A DNA stretch of 32,000 nt from assembly GCA_031316235.1 (NCBI GenBank), contig JALDRA010000001.1, positions 30,001 to 62,000 of the forward strand, given 5' to 3'. Each line of letters begins with the position of its first letter. Position 1 is the first letter of the stretch. Below, piece by piece: positions 20,225-27,935 of the stretch. The notes beneath the pieces are model-generated. The model saw only the letters and a list, made by a program, of their open reading frames with translations, was not told the origin of the DNA and made no database searches. Made by a program: the position numbers and the translations under genes. This DNA is from Candidatus Scalindua sp. (GTDB lineage Bacteria; Planctomycetota; Brocadiia; Brocadiales; Scalinduaceae).

Positions 20225-21088
20225 TCAAGCAACAGTTTCAGTCATCTTATGTTGAGGGCTAATTGGCCCGAATTTGAAATCTTTAAGTAACTTACCAAAA
20301 CGTTCTTTCGTTTTTACCAAATTATGGTATGTTCTGAATCTTGATAAAAATTTTGCGCCATGAATTCTTGGTTGTTCCGGATCTATCTCCCAGGGATGTA
20401 AGTAAAATATAAATGGTTGATTGTCGCTAGTATTGATCTTGTGTAAGGCCATTCTCGTAAACCAGTAAGGAAACAAACGAAAATAGCCACCACCTGAAAC
20501 AGGAATATTTAGTCCCAGTAATCTGGATGTTGTAATTGGGTATTCAACCAAATCATGTTCGACTAATTTATATTCAAATCTTGGGGCATCAGGCATACCA
20601 TAAAGATCATGTGTTATCGGGAAAACACTAGAATCATATTCAAAACCAGCTTCAGCCAGGATTTCAAACGCCCAAAGAGACTTCCTGGTTATTGAATAGC
20701 TTGGTGCTCTGTATCCTAAGATCTTTTTCCCGGTAATATCCTCCAAAATATTTTTGGCTTTTGTAATGTCTCTTCTAAATTCATCAGGGCTTATATTGTA
20801 TATAAGCTGATGCCGATAACTATGACAGGCTACCTCATGACCATTAATATCTATCTCTTTAACTATTTCAGGGTACTTTTCTGCAACCCATCCAAGGATA
20901 AAAAAAGTCCCTTTTATTTCATCTGTTTTAGAAAGTATCTCTAACAACTTTTTAGTATTCTCAACTACCCGACTCTCATAATTCCCCCAATCTTCAAATC
21001 TTATTTTATTTGAAAAAGCAGAAACCTGAAAATAATCCTCTACATCTATAGTTAAGTAGTTTGTAACAATGCTACCCTGATTTGTCAT
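20225..21088 (-). CDS. polysaccharide deacetylase, exosortase-A/PEP-CTERM locus type (Polysacc_deac_1 + DUF3473)
   Basis: 287 aa: ..YLTIDVEDYFQVSAF.. then ..GTFFILGWVAEKYPEIVKEI..GHEVACHSYRH.. matches the characteristic N-terminus of this family. It lies next to the FemAB-like gene, as in described XrtA loci. Confidence 0.85.
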   Translation of the reverse strand: MTNQGSIVTNYLTIDVEDYFQVSAFSNKIRFEDWGNYESRVVENTKKLLEILSKTDEIKGTFFILGWVAEKYPEIVKEIDINGHEVACHSYRHQLIYNISPDEFRRDITKAKNILEDITGKKILGYRAPSYSITRKSLWAFEILAEAGFEYDSSVFPITHDLYGMPDAPRFEYKLVEHDLVEYPITTSRLLGLNIPVSGGGYFRLFPYWFTRMALHKINTSDNQPFIFYLHPWEIDPEQPRIHGAKFLSRFRTYHNLVKTKERFGKLLKDFKFGPISPQHKMTETVA

Positions 21089-21177
21089 TTTTTTGATAAA
21101 CTGGTATAATTAGGACAAATTATTGTTATTTAGGAATTCAAATCCTTTATATTGTGTTTTTCAAACTCTTTTCTATG

Positions 21178-22140
21178 CTAGGCCAAGTTAGATCCTTTGT
21201 CGCTGCACTCATCTGAAAGATATTCTTCAATAGTGTATTCTTTCAGTCCTCTGGAATGAGTAAATATTATTACCTCCCCTATGAGGCCAATCGATAAAGT
21301 CTGTACACCTAAAACCATTAATAAAACTCCAAGCAGCAAAAGTGGTCTGTCTGATATACCTCCAAAACCTAGCAATTTATACATTACAAGATAACCGTTT
21401 ATTAGGCTCCCTATTCCAAACAATGTTGTTCCAATTAATCCAAAGAAGCGAAGAGGTTTCATGGTAAACTTTGTAATAAAAAATATAGTAAGTATATCAA
21501 GCAAACGGCGCAAATACACACCTGTCCTCACTAATCTTATAGCGGTATCTTCCTTTCTCTGCCTTGCTTTTATCTCCTTTATCTTAAAACCATATTTATC
21601 CGCCAGTATTGGAATAAACCGATGCAAGTCTCCGTATAAGCTGATTTCTTCAAAAACCTTTCTCTTCATCCCCTTAAGTCCGCAGCTGATATCATGAAAA
21701 TGAGTTGAAGTTATTTTCCATATGAACCAGTGAAACATGAAAGATTGAATTCTATTAATTCTTGCATCAATTCTTGGGTAACGCCTTGTTAATATCAGAT
21801 CCCAACCATTATTCAATTCTTTCCAAATTGTCTTTACGCTTTCGGGCTCTACCTGAAAATAAGATGCCAGAGTAAAAAGATACTTACCCTGAGCAGTTTC
21901 TAATCCAATAGATAATGAAACTGCTTCACCAAAGCTTTTTGCCAGCTTTATGACCTTTATTGAAGAATTCTCGCTCTTCAGCTTCTTTAGTTGCTCGATA
22001 ACCTGATGATATTCTCCATTTACTACAAATATAAATTCATAGGTTTTGCCAAGTTTATCAAACTCGGAGGAGAACTCAGAATATAATTTACGCAGATCGT
22101 CGTATCGTTCTACTACCGGAACAATGATTGAAATATCCAT
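21178..22140 (-). CDS. GT2 polyprenyl-phosphate sugar transferase (GtrB/ArnC/DPM1-like) with C-terminal TM helices
   Basis: 320 aa with an N-terminal GT-A domain (ISIIVPVVERYDD..), HRFIP, and two hydrophobic helices at the C-terminus (..FFGLIGTTLFGIGSL.. and ..LLLLGVLLMVLGVQTLSIGLIGEVI). Confidence 0.75.
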   Translation of the reverse strand: MDISIIVPVVERYDDLRKLYSEFSSEFDKLGKTYEFIFVVNGEYHQVIEQLKKLKSENSSIKVIKLAKSFGEAVSLSIGLETAQGKYLFTLASYFQVEPESVKTIWKELNNGWDLILTRRYPRIDARINRIQSFMFHWFIWKITSTHFHDISCGLKGMKRKVFEEISLYGDLHRFIPILADKYGFKIKEIKARQRKEDTAIRLVRTGVYLRRLLDILTIFFITKFTMKPLRFFGLIGTTLFGIGSLINGYLVMYKLLGFGGISDRPLLLLGVLLMVLGVQTLSIGLIGEVIIFTHSRGLKEYTIEEYLSDECSDKGSNLA

Positions 22141-22144
22141 TTTT

Positions 22145-22619
22145 TTAGCCCACTAAATTCACGAAAAAACACGAAAATACTTTCCTGCTTATAAGACCTC
22201 ATAAGATAAAACGTTCGTATTCAAGTTTTGGATGATGTCCAAAATTCACAAGAATACCCAATCTGAATTTAGTAGAATTTAAATAGTTCAAAATTTGTGA
22301 TCTATGCTCATTCGCAATTTTTGATAATGCTTTGATTTCTACAATGATTTTGTTATAACAAAAAAAATCAGGTTTATATACTTGTCTCAATATTTTATCT
22401 CGATATTTAAGTTGCAATTCTTTTTGAGCTTGAAATGGAATATTCTGTAAACTAAATTCAATTTCTAAACACTCCTGATACACCAACTCTAGAAAGCCAC
22501 ATCCCATTTCTTTATATACGTTATAACATGCACCAATAATCGAATAACTTTCATCTGCATAGATAATTTCAGATTTCATTTATTTTCTTTCGAGTTATTT
22601 CGTGCATTTCGTGGGTTAA
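22145..22619 (-). mobile_element. class-3 GxxExxY cassette bounded by 33-bp terminal inverted repeats
   Basis: 22145-22177 is ttagcccactaaattcacgaaaaaacacgaaaa. The reverse complement of 22587-22619 is ttaacccacgaaatgcacgaaataactcgaaag. They match at 27/33 positions, and each arm has three (C)ACGAAA units 9-11 bp apart. Confidence 0.75.
22199..22579 (-). CDS. GxxExxY protein (PD-(D/E)XK fold), class 3
   Basis: 126 aa with GFLELVY, PDFFCY..IVEIK and ..LVNFG motifs. ATG start. Confidence 0.9.
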   Translation of the reverse strand: MKSEIIYADESYSIIGACYNVYKEMGCGFLELVYQECLEIEFSLQNIPFQAQKELQLKYRDKILRQVYKPDFFCYNKIIVEIKALSKIANEHRSQILNYLNSTKFRLGILVNFGHHPKLEYERFIL

Positions 22620-22685
22620 AATATTTTCTAATTTTACTTCTACAGTCTTTTCGATTTATCAGTGCAGTCTCTAATCTGTATTTTA

Positions 22686-23636
22686 TTATAATATTTCAAT
22701 TGATGTTATTCCTCTTCCGTATTTCTTCTTAGTGTCACCCGTTTTTTGTATCATTTCACTCAGAAATCCAAGCATCAACATATGCGCAAATAAGAAAAAG
22801 AGTAAAATTGTAATTGAAGGAATAATTAGTGAGAAAGAATCTAAAACAGCTATATTCAGATACAAACTTATTGAAAAAAACATAAGGACTACTCCCATAG
22901 CCAGAAAAGGGAGGGCCAGTATTCCAAACCAAAGACCATGAGCGCCAGAGAATCCCAGTAACATCTTTATCGTAAATATATCAAGAAAGACCTTCCATAT
23001 CCTTGATAATCCGTATTTGCTCGTTCCAAATTTTCTGGCATGATGGTTAACGACAATTTCTGTATACCTTGCACCCATAATGGATGTCATTGCCGGGATG
23101 AAGCGATGCATTTCGGAATATAGTTTTGTCTCTTTTATCGTAGCACTTCTGTACGCCTTCAAAGAGCATCCGTTATCATGAATCTTTACTCCGGTAATTT
23201 TTCCTATCAACCAATTGGCAATTTTTGAAGGAACTTTGCGGGAGACTAATTTGTCTTTCCGGTTCTTTCTCCATCCACATACTATATCGTAACCTTCTTC
23301 AATCTTTTCAAGGAATCGGGGAATATCTTCAGGGTCGTTCTGCAGATCTCCATCCATACTAATAACGATCTTGCCCTTTGCGTGTTCGAAACCCGCCTGC
23401 ATGGCAGGAGTCTGTCCGTAATTTTTCCGGAATTTTATTACCTTGAGACGAAAATCACTTTGGCGAATAGCTTTTGCCCGTAAGAAGGTGGCATCACTGC
23501 TTCCATCATCTACAATGATAATTTCGTAATTCGTGTGTAATCCCTTCATCACTTGTGTGACAGAATCATACAAAGAACGAATACTTTCCTCTTCATTGTA
23601 AAGGGGAATTACGATTGAAACATCAATATCAGACAT
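22686..23636 (-). CDS. GT2 polyprenyl-phosphate sugar transferase (GtrB/ArnC-like) with C-terminal TM helices
   Basis: 316 aa: VSIVIPLYNEEESI..VDDGSSD..ISMDGDLQNDPEDIP..CGWRKNRKD..SLKAYR..EMHRFIP..SKYGLSRI, then two or more TM helices. This is the classic bactoprenol/undecaprenyl-phosphate glycosyltransferase pattern. Confidence 0.85.
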   Translation of the reverse strand: MSDIDVSIVIPLYNEEESIRSLYDSVTQVMKGLHTNYEIIIVDDGSSDATFLRAKAIRQSDFRLKVIKFRKNYGQTPAMQAGFEHAKGKIVISMDGDLQNDPEDIPRFLEKIEEGYDIVCGWRKNRKDKLVSRKVPSKIANWLIGKITGVKIHDNGCSLKAYRSATIKETKLYSEMHRFIPAMTSIMGARYTEIVVNHHARKFGTSKYGLSRIWKVFLDIFTIKMLLGFSGAHGLWFGILALPFLAMGVVLMFFSISLYLNIAVLDSFSLIIPSITILLFFLFAHMLMLGFLSEMIQKTGDTKKKYGRGITSIEIL

Positions 23637-23893
23637 AAGGTTGTCAATGCTTTAAACATTCCGTGTTACGCGTTGCGTGTTACGGGTCTGTCTCGTCGTC
23701 AACTGTAAGTAGCAAAATTAATAACTGGCCAGTTAACCGTTGGTCAACTGAACCGTCAAACTGGAACCGTACCAAACAATTACTCCATCGCTTAATATGT
23801 ACATAGCTCCGCTCTCTGGGTTACATCGGTTAATGCAACTTTTTAAATTTTAAGAGCCTTATGTAAACCACTAATCTGAATACAACAGTCAGG

Positions 23894-24033
23894 TATACTC
23901 ATCTTATAATGGTTTTCGGATAAAATCCGAGAAAAGACGGAGCGAGTAAAGTCCTCGGCGCCTTTTGTCCGGGGATACCATTAACCAGACTTTGGTTTTT
24001 AGAAAAATCTAAAACCAAATCGGTTTTAGTATA
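23894..24033 (+). repeat. MITE family 1, long variant (copy C)
   Basis: It has the same termini as the other copies. The internal taactgc is replaced by about 34 bp (aagtcctcggcgccttttgtccggggataccatt). Confidence 0.8.
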
Positions 24034-24144
24034 TATACCTGAGGTATAAGAGAATTAATGGAACAAATTTCATTATTATAGCAAATCCTTCGACTAAACA
24101 TTAATTGTGTATATTCTCATGCCATGAGTCATAAAGCACTACGA

Positions 24145-24287
24145 GTGGTTGAACTAAAATTACCATATATTGCATTGCTATAATAATTCTGTGATCCTCA
24201 AGCACATACTTACGATCAGTTATGAAATTATTACTCATCTTGCATCTGGGTAGTTTTGGCTCAACCACAGAGTTTCCGGTTAAGCAC
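24145..24287 (+). repeat. MITE family 2 (copy 1)
   Basis: It is collinear with 27527-27671 at roughly 70% identity by eye. It starts gtggttgaactaaaattacca and ends ..tgggtagttttggctcaaccacagagtttccggttaagcac. Confidence 0.65.
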
Positions 24288-25080
24288 TAAACAGGTACAT
24301 ACAAAAAAATAGAAAATGGCTGCCTGTTCCTGCAGCATCATTTTTGTTCAAAAAATCATCATTCTGTATAAATAATTAAGGTGCCAAAGAGATCTTTTCT
24401 GGCAATATCCGAGTTAATACCATTCCTCCTGTCTATGCGTAAGGACCTGTCAGAGCTTAACGCACAGACAGGCCACGCACTTCCATAATTGCTGCCTCGT
24501 CCCCGCCAGAATGAGCATCGCCCCGGATAAATCCGTTCTCCAACCCGATTGACGAATGTAGGTGTATGTACGGATAAACATAAAAAATAGTTTTAAACTA
24601 TGTATACAATAAAACTAACTGACCGTATAATTTAATTTCGTCTATTCGTTTTCTCTGTGGTTGTTTACAATATTGTTATGAGTTACAAACACTGTTCCAT
24701 TTGAAACAAAAAAATGTTTTATGCCTATATTCTTATATAGATCCTACTTAGGAAGCAATTGGTATTACACAATAGTGAGCAGGTGTTAGTTTTTTAACAT
24801 TATACACGATAGAGAACTTTAGGAATAATCTGATACAGTAGAAAAACAGCAAGTTAAGGAGTGTAAAAAAACTAACACTACCCTGTTAATTTACTAACAA
24901 TAATTATAAGGTACCTTAGCTATGCGTGTTTTGTTTATAATCTTAGGTAAGGTTTTGGGAGCTTAGAAATATAAAATAACAGATGAGAATAGTAACGTTT
25001 CGGTTTTGTAAAACAAATTGTCTGTTCTATTTGTCCCCTCTAGAAAGAGGGGTGGATGCGCAAGCAGACGGTGTGTGTAG

Positions 25081-25131
25081 TATTGCTTATCTTATAATGA
25101 TTTTCGGATAAAATCCGAAAAAATTAGTATA
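25081..25131 (+). repeat. MITE family 1, short form (copy D)
   Basis: tattgcttatcttataatgattttcggataaaatccgaaaaaattagtata. It directly abuts the class-2 cassette arm at 25132. Confidence 0.75.
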
Positions 25132-25685
25132 TCACGCTAAGACGCTAAGATCGCAAAGTAAAAAAACTTTTAAAATCTTTTATATACATCTGTTTTGCAA
25201 TAAAACCTTTTTCTTCGTAGCAGGCTAACTGTAATTTATCAAGTGATTTCACGGAACATGCGTAATGAGGTTATTCTTCCAATCTATTTACTATGCGTGT
25301 GATACCATCCTTCATCAATGCCTCACCAAAGTTGAGCAAAAACCCCAACTTCATCCCAGTCAGCCTCAGATAGGTAAGCAATTGTTTTTTGTGGACTTTT
25401 GTAACAGCTTCAACGGATTTCAACTCTAAAATCACTTTGTTTTCAACAATAATATCAGCTTTAAACGCTTCCTCAAACTTTATACCGTTATATTCAATTG
25501 GTATTGTTACCTGCCTTTGAACTTTCAGTTTACGTCTACCAAGTTCACGCACAAGAATAACTTCATAGACTGTTTCAAGCAACCCTGGACCTAGTTCTTT
25601 ATGTAAAACAATAGACTCATCAACCACAACCTTGCCTATTTCATTTTCTGTCATTCTTCTTTGCGATCCCTGCGGCTTTGCGAGA
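25132..25685 (-). mobile_element. class-2 GxxExxY cassette bounded by 27-bp inverted repeats
   Basis: The reverse complement of 25132-25158 is ctttgcgatcttagcgtcttagcgtga. 25659-25685 is ctttgcgatccctgcggctttgcgaga. They match at 21/27. Confidence 0.7.
25271..25654 (-). CDS. GxxExxY protein (PD-(D/E)XK fold), class 2
   Basis: 127 aa with GLLETVY, ADIIVENKVILELK and ..LLNFG motifs. ATG start. Confidence 0.9.
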   Translation of the reverse strand: MTENEIGKVVVDESIVLHKELGPGLLETVYEVILVRELGRRKLKVQRQVTIPIEYNGIKFEEAFKADIIVENKVILELKSVEAVTKVHKKQLLTYLRLTGMKLGFLLNFGEALMKDGITRIVNRLEE

Positions 25686-25700
25686 TTCTATTTTTTGATA

Positions 25701-25782
25701 TATACTCACCAGATAATGGTTTTCGAACACATTACGGAAAAAAAACTGAGCGAGTATACCAGCAACCAGGCTTTCGTTATTA
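25701..25782 (+). repeat. MITE family 1, degenerate and 3'-truncated (copy F)
   Basis: tatactcaccagataatggttttcgaacacattacggaaaaaaaactgagcgagtataccagcaaccaggctttcg.. Similarity fades before the stop codon of the next gene at 25814. Confidence 0.6.
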
Positions 25783-25813
25783 CTATTTATGCCGAATAGA
25801 TATGCTATTGTTA

Positions 25814-27271
25814 TTAGACCATTTGAATATATTTCTTCTTACTCTTTGCAATCACTACATCCAACCCGGTTGAATTTAACTCTGTCTTTAATACTTTTTT
25901 AGCCTGGAAATCTCCATGAACAAGGAAGGTTTTTCCGGGTTTTTGCCTGAATCTTTTTACCCAGCGTATCAGGTCATTCTGCCCTGCATGAGCCGAATAC
26001 CCGGATATTTCATGAACAGCAGCCTTTACGCTTATCCGCTTACCATCAATCATTACATAACCCTGGCCTTTTTTGTCATGACTGCTATAATTGAGTATTT
26101 CTCTGCCCAATGTCCCGGAAGACTGGTATCCAATAAATATAATATCGCTTTTCCGGTCCGGCAAAAATTTTTTAAGATAATTCATAACCCTTCCTCCCGT
26201 ACACATGCCGCTGCCTGCTATGACAATTGCCGGACCACCTTCTTTTTTTAACCGTCTTATGACCTTCATATGATCTTTATGGTTTATAATACTCGTAATT
26301 CCCGGAAAGAGAAAGGGATCATCTCCCCTTTTAAGCCGCTTCTTTGACTCCTTATCCCAATAAGATTTAAGGCCAGAATACAAGTTTACAAACTTATTTG
26401 CCAGGGGTGAATCAACTATAACAGGAAGCATCGGAAGTTTGCCGGATTCGACAATTCCGTTAAGTTCATAAAGCAGCTCCTGTGTCCTTCCAACGGCAAA
26501 GGCTGGAATGATAACTATTCCATTGTCTGAAAGAGACCTATTTAGTGTTTCCAGCAAGACATTACGTCGATCCTTCCGTCCCTTATGAATCCTGTTTCCA
26601 TAAGTTGACTCAAGCACAAGAATGTCTGCGCGATAAGGCGAACGGGGAGAACTCAAGATTGGAGCATATGGGGCTCCAAGGTCTCCAGAAAAAACAACTC
26701 TACCCCCTTTCATACCGTTTGTCCGGCGATGTCCTTTGCCTGATGTGACATCAACCTCAATAAAAGCACTGCCAAGAATATGCCCAGCGGGATGAAATTT
26801 AATACGGAATGTATCAGACACGGTTATCCACTGTTTATATCTACATGGTACTATACGTTTTCTTAGTATATTAATCACATTTTGGATAAGTCTATGGTTT
26901 CTGGTGAAACCTATCTTGAGAGCATCAATTATCTGTTCCGGAACCAGGAATGCAGTTGGTACTGAAGTATAGATTGGGCCCGTATAGCCAGCAGCAAGCA
27001 GGTATGGGAGACGGCCTATGTGGTCAATATGGGCGTGTGTAAGGACTAATCCCTTAACGTTTGAGATGCCAAAGTCTATTTTTAATTCACGGTGATCTCT
27101 TGCTTCCTTTCCCTGAAAGATACCGCAGTCAATCAGCATGCTTTCAACCTCATATGAAATTTGATGACACGATCCGGTAACGCCTTCCGTGGCACCATGA
27201 AATTGTAAGCTCATTGTCATGAGGAAATCAAAAGTCGAAGAATAGAAAAGACAGGAATCGTGAAGGATCAA
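25814..27271 (-). CDS. MBL-fold metallo-hydrolase of the beta-CASP (CPSF/RNase J-like) RNA-processing family
   Basis: It has the HAHIDHIGRLP (HxHxDH) motif, a beta-CASP middle region, and C-terminal ..ISGYSAHAGQNDL..VHGD.. motifs. The family normally starts M..F.GA...VTGS, so ATG at 27220 or 27214 (MTMSLQFHGATEGVTGSCH) is more likely than 27271. Confidence 0.85.
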   Translation of the reverse strand: MILHDSCLFYSSTFDFLMTMSLQFHGATEGVTGSCHQISYEVESMLIDCGIFQGKEARDHRELKIDFGISNVKGLVLTHAHIDHIGRLPYLLAAGYTGPIYTSVPTAFLVPEQIIDALKIGFTRNHRLIQNVINILRKRIVPCRYKQWITVSDTFRIKFHPAGHILGSAFIEVDVTSGKGHRRTNGMKGGRVVFSGDLGAPYAPILSSPRSPYRADILVLESTYGNRIHKGRKDRRNVLLETLNRSLSDNGIVIIPAFAVGRTQELLYELNGIVESGKLPMLPVIVDSPLANKFVNLYSGLKSYWDKESKKRLKRGDDPFLFPGITSIINHKDHMKVIRRLKKEGGPAIVIAGSGMCTGGRVMNYLKKFLPDRKSDIIFIGYQSSGTLGREILNYSSHDKKGQGYVMIDGKRISVKAAVHEISGYSAHAGQNDLIRWVKRFRQKPGKTFLVHGDFQAKKVLKTELNSTGLDVVIAKSKKKYIQMV

Positions 27272-27431
27272 TTCAAAACGACTAATGGCTTAAGGTTCGT
27301 AGTTGATGGCTCATGGGTGTGGTTCTCCAAAAACTGATCTGCTAACTCATTGGGTAGAATTACTAACACAATGAAAATTTAACAATTTCAAGTTCTGCCG
27401 CTTAAGTGTTCAATACTCTATTCATGCAGAA

Positions 27432-27481
27432 TATACTCATCTCATAATGATTTTCGGATAAAATCCGAGAAAATTAGTATA
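27432..27481 (+). repeat. MITE family 1, short form (copy E)
   Basis: tatactcatctcataatgattttcggataaaatccgagaaaattagtata. It abuts the class-2 arm at 27482, as copy D does. Confidence 0.8.
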
Positions 27482-27785
27482 TCACGCTAAGACGCTAAGA
27501 ACGCGAAGCATAAAGATTTTTATATAGTGATTGAACGAAAACTACCCATCTACTGTGTTGCTGTAATAATTTCTTAATCCTCAAGTACATTAGTACGTTC
27601 CGGTTGCGAAATTACTACACGCCTTGTATCTGGGCCGTTTTCGTTCAACCACAGGGTTTCCGTTCAAGCACTATATACATCTTTTTTTTTGCATACCTTT
27701 CTGTTTTGCAATAGAATCATCAATTACAACCTTGCCTATTTTATTTTCTGTCATTCTTATTTGCGATCCCTGCGTCTTTGCGTGA
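27482..27785 (-). pseudogene. gutted class-2 GxxExxY cassette (both arms kept, gene reduced to about 14 codons)
   Basis: The arms are 27482-27508 (tcacgctaagacgctaagaacgcgaag) and 27759-27785 (atttgcgatccctgcgtctttgcgtga). The start codon at 27752-27754 is followed by MTENKIGKVVIDDS (intact copy: MTENEIGKVVVDES), then joined to the 3'-flank sequence at a shared caata. Confidence 0.7.
27527..27671 (+). repeat. MITE family 2 (copy 2) with TA-rich target duplication
   Basis: It starts gtgattgaacgaaaactaccca. The reverse complement of the 3' end is gtgcttgaacggaaaccctgtggttgaacgaaaacggccca, so the TIR is about 16/18 and is duplicated at the 3' end. It is flanked by tatata on both sides, whereas the uninterrupted paralogous site at 25181-25186 has a single tatata. 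Confidence 0.65.
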
Positions 27786-27800
27786 AACTATTTTTTGATG

Positions 27801-27913
27801 TATACTCATCTCATAATGATTTTTGGATAAGATCCGAGAAAAAACGGAGTGAGTGTAACTGCAACCAGGCTTTGGATTTTAGATAAATCTAAAACCAAAT
27901 CGATTTTAGTATA
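27801..27913 (+). repeat. MITE family 1, full length (copy G)
   Basis: tatactcatctcataatgatttttggataagatccgagaaaaaacggagtgagtgtaactgcaaccaggctttggattttagataaatctaaaaccaaatcgattttagtata. Confidence 0.85.
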
Positions 27914-27935
27914 TGCCAGACCAGAGAGCCATAGT

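Noticed and set aside
23637-23893. Sigma-54 promoter (TGGCAC-N5-TTGC) upstream of the EPS operon, expected if a PrsR-type enhancer-binding protein controls it.
   Set aside because: The only GG/GC pair that I found (reverse complement of about 23712-23731, tggccagttattaattttgc) has about 17-nt spacing instead of 10. No convincing match.
24420-24560. GC-rich island as a group II intron 5' end (minus strand begins GTGCG..), an SRP RNA or another known ncRNA.
   Set aside because: Only a GTGCG pentamer and a generic hairpin support it. I saw no domain V-like motif, no RT ORF and no SRP domain IV sequence. It is kept only as an unexplained structured island.
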